DNA of 63,989 bases, the filler included, from Trypethelium eluteriae (taxonomy: Eukaryota): assembly GCA_051942245.1 (NCBI GenBank). It is 3 parts of 3 records of this genome, joined end to end, with 100 filler letters (N's around TTAATTAATTAA, not from the genome) between each part and the next. Parts side by side here need not be neighbours in the genome. Positions count along the whole stretch, not along the records: positions 43,472 to 63,989 come from JAVECL010000495.1; 2 more parts are not named here. One strand, given 5' to 3'. Positions within the stretch are counted from its first letter, which is position 1. Each line of letters starts with the position of its first letter. The notes beneath the pieces are model-generated. The model ran no database searches. It saw only the letters and a program-made list of their open reading frames with translations, and was not told where the DNA came from. Shown one piece after another: positions 49,462 to 60,910 of the stretch. The translations under genes were made by a program, and so were the position numbers.

Positions 49462-49947
49462 TCAGAACAATTTCTGGCCTGCACCAGCATTCTCCCAAGC
49501 TCTAACCATCAACCCCCTCGCCCTTTCTGTCGCCAGACTATCCAAAAACTCCACAATCCGACTGATCTTCCCCTCCTCATTCATACTCAAGAAAAACATA
49601 AACTCTCCGACATAATCCCACTCCTTGCCATCATCGCCCTCCTTCAGACCCTTCACTTCCTCTCTGAACTTCGGAACAGCATTCGCCCAGATAATGACTT
49701 GGCGCTTTGGGACGTTGACGTGAATTTCCTTCGCCGTCACGGGGAAGCTGGTTATGATTAGATGAAGCTTGGTCAAGTGGGCGGCCCAGTCCTCATTTTT
49801 CATGGGCGGTGGCGGGTTTATAGAGGATGGGGCGAAGGTATGGGTGCAATTGGCGGCGCGGAGGGAAACGTGAGCATTGGGCTCAAGCGTTGCGAAGGCG
49901 TTGATGAAGGCTACAGCAGTGTCGTGGAGAGTTTGTTCAGTCGTCAT
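49462..49947 (-). CDS. SnoaL/NTF2-like protein (AusH/AusJ/Trt14-like family)
   Basis: TAVAFINAF...LRAANCTHTFAPSS...EIHVNVPKRQVIIWA...YVGEFMFFLSMNEEGKISRIVEFLDS. Confidence 0.8.
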   Translation of the reverse strand: MTTEQTLHDTAVAFINAFATLEPNAHVSLRAANCTHTFAPSSINPPPPMKNEDWAAHLTKLHLIITSFPVTAKEIHVNVPKRQVIIWANAVPKFREEVKGLKEGDDGKEWDYVGEFMFFLSMNEEGKISRIVEFLDSLATERARGLMVRAWENAGAGQKLF

Positions 49948-50542
49948 GGTACTGGATGACTTGACGATGGTCGGTTGAACGCGGGTCTAGAGTCAAATAC
50001 TGAGTTGATAGTACTGGACACGCAGATGTTTGATGTTCCTTTATATATTGCTGCAGGTTGGGATATCTCAATGGAGTAGAGCTTCGCTGGATAGTAAACT
50101 CCGAAAACTTAAGCTATTTAGTCGGAGATAACAATAGTATATCCGCAGTGCTCTACGTATGGCCAATTCAGCCGCTAATCAAGGATTTTGCCTGCAGGAA
50201 CCTGCATTACTGGCCAAAAACTACCCAAAACTACCTAGTTATTGCTTCAGTTCGGAGGAACTTAGCTTAGGAAGTATCTAGACGGCGCACGGACCAACCG
50301 GCCACAACGGTCCCGTTCGGAGGCAAGGTTCGCGGTTATTCGCATTCCACGGCGCAAACGCAGCTTGAGCTTACAAGAGCAGACAGAACCGCCATGGCTC
50401 AATTCATCCTATCAAGGTCGGCAACGCCTGAACTCTCCGCATGTAGCTGGGATGAAGTCTATCGCCAACGGCTGGGCTACAATCCAAGGAGATCGCTGCC
50501 TGAGGGCCCCTCTTTCTCCACACACATCGCCATCTCTCACAG

Positions 50543-52391
50543 ATGCCGCCGAAATCGAAAAAGACCCCGAGGATTTCCAAGAAAGCATCCTCCAAAGGGG
50601 TTCCAGCGAAGCTTGCGAAGGAGAAGCGTGGATCGCAGACGGCTGGAGCTGCTGCTGCGCAGACCACACGTGAAGCTTTCGCTCTACGGTCTGCGCGGAC
50701 ACCCATACGAAAAGGCCAGAAAACAGGTGCAAAGCCCACTCGACGCCAGCCAAGTAGAAATTGCAAGAAGGTCCCGCATAGGGTGACATCATCGCGGTCA
50801 ACCCATCAAGATACAACACCCCATCCCAAAGGCGGTGAACGTCATTTGGGGAAGGCTGATGAGCTGGTATCACTTCCGAAGAAATCGAGTCGAGACCGCG
50901 GAGCAGCTCAAGATAAACCTTCGCAGCTTTCGAGAAAAACGAGGGAGCAGATTCCCTCTCATGGATCGAACTGGCGAGAGGGATTTGGAACGCAGCTCGT
51001 ATCCCAGAAAGATAAGCAGGGAACTCAGTCTGCAGTGAGTGACATTCAGTCGATTCAATCGTGCAGATTCTGACGCTGATCACATGTAGACGTCGGCGTG
51101 GGTAGATCAGCTCAATCTCATTTCGCCTGAAGAGGTTCCTCAACAGTCGGATCTGTACCTCAGCCGCACATCAAGTGCTGTTGTTGAAGAGCAAAGTAGG
51201 ATGAACTCAATAACAACCGGGTCTGCAAGCAGAGAAGATGAAACCTCCACAGTCAAAAACATAAAGCGGGTCAAAGCAGCAACGGCAAGGAAAGTGTCGG
51301 ACTCGAAGCTGAGGATTCGAAAGATAGAAGAAGAGGGAAACCCCGATCCCAGGATAAAGCATTTACGATCACTGCTGAAAACAGTACTTCCCGAGCCATC
51401 AGAGAAGGTTATTGCAGAAGGCGAAGCACTGGCGCGAAATTTTCTTGAAGAGACTGGTAGATGTCGGGATAGAAGATATTACGCCTTGCTCAACAATTTC
51501 TCATATAACATTGATGCTCACAGAGCCGATGCCGGCCTATCGACAGTCAACACTCAGTATTTCGACGCTGATCTAGCAAGATGCCAAACCAAGATTGAAG
51601 CTGTGCTTCAGCGAACTATTATGATGAATGTTTTTGACCGTCATTGGCTTGGAGAGCATTTCGACTGGAATACAGAAGGTCAATGGAGGCAACCAAAGGA
51701 GACACTCATACGTCCCACTAAGGAAGGCGATGAAATGACCTTACCCAAACCTGACCTCATGATCAGTTTCACTCTGAAGTCATTCTCTTCTGGAAGAGAT
51801 CAGTCTCATCCGATCCCAGATGATCTTGAGCCATGTATTTTCCCAGACCGCGACACGCGTTGTTTTCCATTTCTATTCTTCGAAGTGAAAAAAGCAGCCG
51901 CTGACCTTGTGGCGGCCCAGAGAGCCAATCTTAACAATGCTAGTCAAGCTTTGCACAACATTTGGCAATGGATGAAACGGGCAGACCAGCTACCAGAATT
52001 CTACGAAAAAGTCCGCGTTTTCACCTTCGTATTCAATGCCCAGGAACTCAGCGTACGTGTCCATCGAGCCGAAATCGACAAAGATGACGATGGTGAAGAC
52101 GCACTTTTCTTCGTCTTTGACACAGTAGAGGAGGTTGAGAAACACAGCTACACACGAGATAAGGCGTGTTTCCTTGTGAGCTCAATCATGAAGGATTATG
52201 CCGACGCAGAGCTGCTCCCGATCTTGCAAACTACGTTCATGGAAGTCATGCGTCAGGAGAAGGCGAAGAATCCGTCGAAGCGCAAAGACAATCCATCAGA
52301 TAGGGGATCCCCGAAGCGGACAAGAACATCCGAAATGCCTATGCAAAATACGAGAAATTCGTTTGCTGCAGCTGGTTTAACGACTTCATGA
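50543..52391 (+). CDS. Protein with basic disordered N-terminus and C-terminal PD-(D/E)XK-like nuclease-fold domain (2 exons)
   Basis: Phase-0 intron 51035-51088 joins the 50543 and 51201 ORFs in frame. Motif LPKPDLMISF...CFPFLFFEVKK...AQRANLNNASQAL. Confidence 0.7.
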
Positions 52392-52639
52392 CCTTTCTTG
52401 GGCACCCATAGGTAAACCCAGACCATTTCGTCTCATCAATTTCAAACTTTGAGTATCTTTGTAAGGTTGGCCGCTGTAATAGGCCACTCACTGTTAGGTT
52501 TTTTGGGCAAGAAAAACGAGCCATATCTGTATATATACATTATAACCCCAATGTATTCTCTTATTGATAGTCTTCCAAGTTCTGCAACTAATTCCATGCC
52601 TCATGAATTTAATAGCAAATTAGTCAAAAGCTTTGGGTG

Positions 52640-53155
52640 ACCCGTGAGTTTTGAAGTCATCGCCGCGTACACAACTTAACCCTCCTTATTTAAAACAACA
52701 GATCTTACTGCTTAAGCATTCAAAAACCCGACTCACAGGTCTCTTAGCAAGTTACTGATCTTGAAATTACTTTCTACTCATATCTAAATTAGACTAAGCG
52801 CAGCTGAGCACAGCTGAGCAGAGCATAAGCCACGGCAGTGTAAGGCTGAGCTGAGTTGAGCTGAGGTTAAGCTGGAAGTCATTTTGCCCAGTCAGTGTGT
52901 TGTAACTGCTGGCCCAGTTGGGTTTATAAAGAGGTTAAGATAGATCTAAGTATAACAGGGAATATTTAAGTATAAAATAACCTTATATAAAGTCTAATTC
53001 TACTCTTAGGCGTGAGTTACATAAGGTTACAACATGGGCGCTGATCAGCAGCCTAAGCTTTTACTAAGCCACGCTGAGCCACACTGAGCAAAATTGGGCT
53101 AGCTCTAAGCTGCCGTGAGCCAGGATAAGCGCTGCCTGAGCCAGCGTGATTCAAC
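52640..53155 (+). mobile_element. RIP-degraded non-autonomous element with GCTGAGC subterminal arrays
   Basis: AT-rich core, many gctgagc/ctaagc units, ends ...gtgattcaac; homologous to 59182-59318. Confidence 0.6.
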
Positions 53156-53391
53156 GTCAATAGTGCCTGAATTCAAGACCTTCTCTACCTTGATCAGATT
53201 AAAAGGAGCCCAAATTACGGCTTCTTAAGCGCGGTAATACTTGCGTTTAACTTACTAATGGGACAGGACAAACTTAGAAAAGATTCGTCGTCTTGAGCAT
53301 CTAAACTGCAATAAGTCCGACACAACCTTACCTTCTACATATATAGAATTTTGCCGAGTACATTCAGGATACCAGTCAAGGCGAAGACACC

Positions 53392-55809
53392 ATGGATCAT
53401 GACTCCAGTAGAATAAGACCGGATGACTTATCAAACCGAGAAACTGGAAGGGAATCTCCTGGACTGGTCCCGCAGACAGGCAAGATCGGCAAGGATGAAG
53501 ATTGCCCAGTATGCCACAAGCTCAGCTTACCTTTTCAGAAAGGTGATCCATTTCAGGGTCCCTTTAAGCTTATTGAGACGACCGTGCTAGAATGGAGCAA
53601 AGTGGCTCGACAAAACAGGTGCTTGATATGTCCTCGGGCATGGAAGGCATTCGAATCATTTCCACCACCAGAAGGCTGGCCTCCTAAGAACGAAAAGGTT
53701 CAGGTGAAATTCCGCGCACCCGCAAAAAATTGCATGCTATTCGGTTTTGTACGGCACGAGGGAGAAAGCCACGAGGACTTCAACGATGCATATACCATAA
53801 CTAGCCAAGCAGTGGCAGACCAGGAGCACACCATAGAAATATACAGAAGCATACGTATGTTCAACTTAGTCGTTACGTGATTCGACTTATGCTGATACCT
53901 CTACATAGCAGAATCGCACATCAGCTTTAAAGAAGAAGGAGGGCAAGTTTGGCGGAGCGTCAGTCGTGATGCAAGTAGCGATGAGGCAGTCCAAGTAATT
54001 CTAAATTGGTTCGGCAAATGCTGGCATAACCATGAATCGTGCAAGATAAACATAGAAATGTTGCTGCCAGACAGAGTCGTATACATTGCAGACGAGAGAA
54101 CAGACCAAGTCTACCTGGAAGATGGGCTGAGCAGGAAAGAATGGTATATCGCCCTCAGTTATTGCTGGGGATCCGGCCCGACTGGCATTCGAACTACAAA
54201 GGCGAACATGCTGGATCATAAAGATCAAGGTCTACCAATTGATGACTTGCCGCCTACAATTCGCGACACAGTCAGATTAGCCCAGAAGCTTGGTATCCAG
54301 TACCTCTGGATAGACAGATTGTGTATCGTACAAGACGACCTTGAAGATTGGGCTGTTCAAGCAAGCAAGATGTGTGACGTATATGCGAATGCTGTATTAT
54401 GCATCAGTGCCGACAATGCCCAGGGCGTTTGGGAAGGACTCTTCCAACCGAAAGCGTATGCAGAAGAGCCAGAAAAAGATGAAGTCACTCACGATGGTTG
54501 GGTCCTTCGACCAGCTCAAGAGCATGAAGGCCTGTTCTCTTATGAGAATGAGAAGGACTTCCCGACTGCCCGTCGAGCGTGGACATTTCAAGAGCGCGAG
54601 ATGTCCCGACGCATGCTTCGCTTTACTCCAAAAGAGCTCATCTGGCAATGCAATAGTCTATTGCAATGCGAATGTAGGCGCGAATCTAGTGGACTAGGCA
54701 AGAGAATCCTTCATCGAGCTGAAAATAAGTCAGCTGAGTTTACATATCAAATGTGAAGGCTGGTAGTACACGAATTCGCAAGCCGATCATTGACTTACCA
54801 AGAGGATCGACTCCCTGCACTCTCTGGCTTAGCAACTGGGTTTCAAAGGATCCTGGAGAAGAAAGGAAACGCACAAGATAAGTACTTAGCAGGGTTGTGG
54901 AAAAACGATTTTGCACAACAGCTCTGCTGGTTGCCACCTACAAAAGCCGAAAGTGATGCCTGGCAACGCAACAACACATTTGCCAATCCAATGCCTAGCG
55001 TCCCGGAAGGTGATCAGCTTCTCGCTGCGATTGATGCAGAGCGCAGGAAGCCTCCAAATTGGGATAAACGCCGCCCTGAAACCTATGTAGCACCAACATG
55101 GAGCTGGGCTTCGATAAATGGGCCTTTAGGATATTTTCGATGCCATCCGCCACGTCCGTTTCTGAGCAAAATCGATCTTTTGACAGCACGGATAGAACCA
55201 CTAGAAAGCAGTCACATCTATGGTAGACTGAAGCCTGGCAGCGGCGCAATTACAGTGCAAGGACATGTATCATCCCATCTGAAATTAAAGATCTTTCGGC
55301 TCGTCTTCGGTCCCAAGGATCAGGACAATGATAGCCACCAAAACACGATGAAGACGATCTTCCTCCTGAGTGATGGATGTGGTAGTTGCATTGAGATTGA
55401 GCCAGACGATCCCGTCGAGATAGCTAGGGCTGATTCGCAAGACCTACAAGCGCTCAAATGCCTCCTTGTCGGAAGCGTAGAGTGCCCGATTGAGGAAAAT
55501 ACAGCAGTACAAAACTTTGACGGACCAGATCAGTTTGCTAAAGTGAATGAAAACAACAATCAGCGGGATGAAAGCGCGCCCGATAACTCAGAAGCACTGG
55601 GGCTGGAGCCAGAGTTGAGTAGTATATTCGATCCACAGGTCGAGGATATGAATGTATTCTCCTTCTTTCTGCTGCTTGCTCCTGTCAGCAATCAGTCTGG
55701 ATTGTTCGAAAGGCTAGGGTGCTTCCAAGCTGGAATGAATCCGCACAGAGTCGCAGTCATGAGAAAAATATTCATGCAATCTCAAAAAGAAACGGTAACG
55801 ATTTTATAA
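53392..55809 (+). pseudogene. HET-domain protein with a single in-frame TGA (54754-54756) after the HET domain
   Basis: Intron 53855-53908. CPVC...CLIC, WFGKCWHNHESC, YIALSYCWG, YLWIDRLCIVQDD, MCDVYANA, RAWTFQE. The ORFs 54058-54756 and 54790-55809 share a frame: YQM*RLVVHEFASRSLTYQEDRLPALSGLA. Confidence 0.85.
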
Positions 55810-56613
55810 AACTCCGAGCATTAGTTCAAGAACTAAAACGCGAATGCCTGTCATATGATCTACGTCTTAGCCCATCCAATCTGAAAGGGAGCGCCATAAA
55901 GTGCCAGCGGTACCTGACAGCACTGGTCAATGGAGGTGCTACCGCAACTCGTACCGCCGCAGAGATATTGGGCAACAACCGCGTTAGCACTCAGAATGCT
56001 GCTGCCTGTCGGCTGATTATCTTCATCTGCCATATTAGGATAATATTGACAGTATCAGCCTCGTTATTAACCTTCCGTCAAGCGCTAATCATTGACTCAT
56101 CTTGTTTCTCTAAAGTGTCTCTAAGATCTCAAAGAGGAAGGAGTCCAGGCATAATCCCGACCAAGAACGCCGAAGGATGATGCATGTTAGTCACCCGTCA
56201 CAAACTTGATTACAACCCAACCCTTTACATCAACGAAGCGCCACGCGTCTGATTGGGACAAGCTTGAGTCGTGCGCATGGTCAGAGGTGCAAGATCACAG
56301 CTGTGTAAGTTCTGTAAGTGCTAGTTTCGTGGTAGACGGAAGGGATTTTTGTCTATTTTTGTCCCGATTGCACAAGTGTATATGTGAATAGGATTGCATG
56401 TTGATTGGCTATCTACTATGTCCAAGTTTGTGATTTCTATGAGCGCCCTCCGAGAGGTTGTCGGCTTCTTGGGAACTCGACAGAATAAATTTCAAGATGC
56501 TAACGGGGATGTTCTAGACGATTACCGCCGTGAGGCTGTTGGCGCCATACAAGTTTCCACCCTCCCTGCCTCTCGCTATTCCTATATCTGGCTGGGGATG
56601 CTCCAGATACATC

Positions 56614-58648
56614 ATGTCTGAGCGTCATGCGCCATTCACATATAACTTCCTGAAGCCAGGAGAGATTCGACTACTCTATTCATCTAGCTCAGCGAAAGAG
56701 ACTGTATGGTCTCTGAGAACAAGTAACCTTTACTCCCCACAATCTGGAAACGAAGTCGCTTTCGACGCATTGTCTTATACATGGGGAAACCTATCTGACA
56801 CATTTACCTTTATATGCGATGATCAAGAACTCCAAATCCACAGCAACTTGAAGGAAGCTTTACCGTATTTAGCAAGACGGCGATCATGGCTGCCTATCTG
56901 GATAGACGCTATTTGTATTAACCAGTCTGACGATGTCGAGAAGCTCGCTCAAGTTCGCATGATGCATACTATCTATAGCCGAGCAAGTCAGGTTTGGGTC
57001 TGGCTTGGTTGTGCGCCTGACGACGGTGAAGAAGCTATCGCGCTGTTGGCCCGTATCGCGCAGGTCGGAAAGGAAGTGAATGGCCAGAGTATGGAACAAT
57101 TTCCACGCCCCACGCCAGAGTCCAAGGGCCTGCCAAGCTTACATTCCCCAGTATGGCCTTCGGTATACCAGCTCATCTATAATCCCTGGTTCTTTCGCTT
57201 ATGGATCGTACAGGAGGCAGCGCTGGCTAAGTGCATAAGAGTGTTCTATGGAAGTAATGAGATCGACTGGAAAGTGCTGGGGGAAGCAGTCGACTTTGGC
57301 ACAGAGCTAGGTTATCATATGCGCGACAGCGATGGACAGAAACCACGCACGGGCGATATCAACAACCACAACGTCTTTCTCATTCGTGAGGTAGTGCAAG
57401 ATCCCAGCCTACATGTGCCATGGCAACATCATTTACTCCGGACTCTTTTGCTAACCCTGAAGAGCCATCGGTGCTCAAGTCCATACGATCGCGTCCTTGG
57501 AGTCCTTGGCTTTGTGGCGGATGACCAGATAGAGCAGATTCGACTAGATGACAATCCGTCCTTGGTTGATCTTTATACAAGGTTCGGCCACTCCCTTCTC
57601 AGTAGCGTTGGACCCAGTAAATCCAATTGGTGGGCATTTTTTAACATGGCTCCCATTTCAGAGAAACTGCCAAGGTTACCGAGCTGGTGTCCCGACTTTC
57701 ACGCCTTGAGTAGCTTAGGCGAAACTCCTATGAATTCTTTGGTCAGCCCTATAGCTTCGAATAGGTACAAAGGACACATTCCTTACTACGCCAGTAGAGG
57801 TACTAGCTTTGCTAAGCAAAGCAGCAATCTCTACGAGCTGACTGTTCGCGGGAAGACATTTGACACCGTGAGTCGAGTGTACGCCAAGTTTCCGCATGCT
57901 TCGAAATTTCGTGCCGGCGGCACGTCGATAGAGGAATTCAGCAATATGCTTCTTGATATTCGCATTTGGGAAAAAACTCTAGCGGAGGCCATTCTGCAAG
58001 CCCCAACACCTTCGAAAGATCCAACCAGAGATCTGCAGATGAGTTTTGATGACAACGTGCCGCTAAAGACGACTTTAGACGACTATTGGCGTACACTTGT
58101 CGGCAACCTCACGGAGAGAACTGACTATACTATCACTTGTGAAATGTTTCATGATTTCCGGCGAGGCCTAGATGCATGGGCAAAATACGTTAAAAAGCTC
58201 GACTGGAAGATCGACAGCAAGTTGTAAGTGATAGCCCGTCGCAGCGCTCGCCCTGAAGACTGTATGCTAACACGTACACAGGCTCATCAATCAATGCGCC
58301 TATGGAGCCGCTGATGACCCAGAGGAAGAGCCAGAAGACACTGAAGCTTTGCAGCACATCAATCAAGGCGCACCTTGCATGACATTCCTCGTCGACGTCT
58401 TGCAATGTTTGGAACGTAGGCGCATTTTCACCACTGCTCAAGGTAGACTTGGATTCGGACCGGAGACGATTCGAGAAGCAGACGTGGTTTGTATCATGAA
58501 CTATGCGTGCACAGCACATATACTGCGTCCAGATCTAGGCCGGGGATCCCCAACTTATCGACTAGTCGGAGAAGCCTACGTCCACGGAATGATGACGGGG
58601 GACATCGAAACATTAGGCTTGGAGGAACAGGATATCATACTTGTCTGA
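56614..58648 (+). CDS. HET-6-like heterokaryon incompatibility protein (2 exons)
   Basis: EIRLL, FDALSYTWG, IWIDAICINQSD, QVRMMHTIYSRASQVWVWLG, PWFFRLWIVQEA, LPSWCPDF; intron 58224-58281; C-terminal FTTAQGRLGFGP...YRLVGEAYVHGMMTG. Confidence 0.93.
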
Positions 58649-59181
58649 AGACGCCGTTGTCCCCATTCCCACGAAGACCAGTCCACATAGGGTATCGATC
58701 TTAGCCGGAGCATTGCGAACGGAGAATTTAGACGACCTGGTGGCTCTGGTGATACTGTTCGATCCGCTTGGGCGATATCTACGTGTCCGTTCCGGATGAT
58801 GGCTGGATTCTACCAAGGTAGACTCGAGATGAACAATTATCATGATACGAAATCGACGGCAGGCTTACTCAGCTTCCTCCGCCAACGTTACAGAGAGTCT
58901 ATTGTCAGCTCACCAACAGGTCGTAGAAGTAGTCAAGAGACTGACGCCATCGGTTCAGCCTCACAGCATCGTAACTTCAATCGCCCGATTTTAGAAGGAT
59001 GTATCCACGCAGCTAGATGAGATCCATTCTGGATGGCCCTTGTGTCGACCGAGGTGTTGAACATAGAACGGGCAATCTTCGCCTATGTCTGGGTGTATGG
59101 AGAGGTTAGAATCGATGCGAGTATAGCGGAGAATATTCGAACAGAAAGTAACCTCGTACAAAATTCATTTCTGGTTTTGGA

Positions 59182-59318
59182 CGTGAGTTACATGGGGATG
59201 TAGCTGGAGCGCCGAGTCAGCAGCCGAAGCTGTCACTGAGCCATACTGAGCAAGCTTGAGCACATCCCGAGCTGCCGTGAGCTAAATTAGGCACAGCCTG
59301 AGCTACGCATGATTCAAC
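59182..59318 (+). repeat. Diverged direct copy of the element end at 53011-53155
   Basis: Both copies start cgtgagttacat, share tcagcagcc.aagct, actgagcaa, agctgccgtgagc and gcctgagc, and end tgattcaac. Confidence 0.75.
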
Positions 59319-59344
59319 ATGGATGGTGCCTTAACTTGGGACCC

Positions 59345-59946
59345 CTATTCTAGGCAATCAGCCGAACACTTTGGAAGGAGACCAATTTGCGGCCCCGTCA
59401 TCTTCGCATCAGTTGAAGCCTTAACAGTCTGGTTATGCGTATCCATCGCACAGAGCAGCGTGAAGACACACTTATACACGGTTTCCTGATCCCAGTTCAC
59501 ATTATCCGGTAACGACATTGTTCGACGTAGCGCAAGCCATCCATAGTCCCAGCGATTACCCATCTTACTTCTCTTTATGTACTCCTGTTGAATTGGAATT
59601 AGTGTGCATATTCCCGGTAGTACATAACCCTGACACTGACTGTATAGGTAATATTACACGTGCCAAGTAAGAGTATGGCAGTTGTCAGCGGTTGAAAAGA
59701 CCTTGGAGATAGTGTCGTTGAATTAGCCGTTGAGAAAATCGTAGGAGTCCGCGGAGGATGTAATATGGTTGAATTTGAGGGTGGATTTAAGGTCCGCGAG
59801 ATAGTTGGTGTGTCGGGTGATCTGATCTGGATGTCGGAGGGGAGTTAGTTTTTGATGGCGGCGGATTCCAGGGTGGAGGTCTATTCTGGGTTTATGCAGA
59901 GGAGGTGGATATGTTGGAATTTGGGCTCTTGTTTTGAAGAGGACAT
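59345..59946 (-). pseudogene. Macrodomain (ADP-ribose-binding fold) protein pseudogene
   Basis: MSSSKQEPKFQHIHLLC; after a frameshift KFNHITSSADSYDFLNG*FNDTISKVF...YVLPGICTLI...WLALRRTMSLPDNVNWDQETVYKCVFTLLCAMDTHN. This follows the fungal macrodomain pattern (IVSPANSYGxLDGxFDxAIS, PPGTCTL, PTMxxP, WDREVVYECVW). Several stops. Confidence 0.75.
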
Positions 59947-59987
59947 AATGCATTTGTGGACGCACCCAAAGAGCTAGGACTTGGAAC

Positions 59988-60910
59988 CTAACGAGGCGTC
60001 TCATTTGTACCCAGCTTTGGAGTGGTTTCATCCATCACTTGCGAAGCATGCTCAACAACCTGGTCCGGAGGTCGCTCGTCTTGTTCCTCAGCCTCTGGCA
60101 ATTTCTCCAGGAAGAAATCGCTGACCTTTCCCTTCCCAATGACCCTCTGATAGACAGCCAAGGAAGTCCCCAGCTCTTTGTGTTTCCCGACTTGTACAGC
60201 GTCGAGCATGTTTGATGCAAAATTCTGACAATTGTTAGAGATGAGGTTGTAGGCCTTTTGCTTTTCGCGCATCTGGAAGATGACCATTTCGCCTGTTGTG
60301 CGTTAGATTTTCTCTGGTGTTAGAGGTGATAGGGAAGAGCAATGAACCCGCTTGTCTAACTGCCTCATCATTGAGTTTTGTCTTGCCAACCTCGTATTTC
60401 GTCCATTTGTCCTTGACTAGCTTCTCGTTTATGTAGATGATATCCAGATCTTCATCCATCCAGAGCTGATGACAGTAGTCGCCAACGATCACAGCCCAAT
60501 GCTGGGTCGGGTCCGGGTAGTTGTGTATTCTGTCGGTGATCATCTTCGCAAGCGCAGTCTTGGCTATCCATTGACCTCCAGGCACGGGGTGCCAGCCAAT
60601 CTCGACAGTGCGGTGTTCTTCAATGTCTGCTTCGCCGGGAGGTACGACGTTTGGGGTTTGGCCTCTGCATTGATTAATGCTCTTGGATCTCGTATGGTCG
60701 TGGCGGAGGACGATGCGTACAAGCCTATTGCATGCTCGGCGTTTAGCTTGCCTTTGATGAATTCTTCCTTTCCTTTCGAAAGACCCACTTTACTATAATG
60801 AAGGTTAGTATTCGCTAGTCTCATAAGCTAGCTCGAGCTTACAAAAGGGACTTCATCACGTCCTTTGAAGAGCGCGACTCGCTCTCCGGCTCTTCTTTGA
60901 AGCGAAACAT
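59988..60910 (-). CDS. Permuted papain-fold (PPPDE/NlpC-P60/LRAT-like) protein, 4 exons
   Basis: ATG 60910 MFRFKEEPE...; spliced VEIGWHPV, QHWAVIVG (catalytic His) and YNLISNNCQNFA (catalytic Cys). Confidence 0.7.

Noticed and set aside
45176..49947. Complete secondary-metabolite gene cluster
   Set aside because: No PKS, NRPS, terpene synthase or prenyltransferase is present in the window.
50412..51143. 243-aa minus ORF
   Set aside because: Overlaps exon 1 of the plus-strand gene that splices cleanly into the 51201 ORF.
52794..52875. GCTGAGC arrays as telomeric or CRISPR repeats
   Set aside because: Irregular spacing and not TTAGGG; better explained as transposon subterminal repeats.
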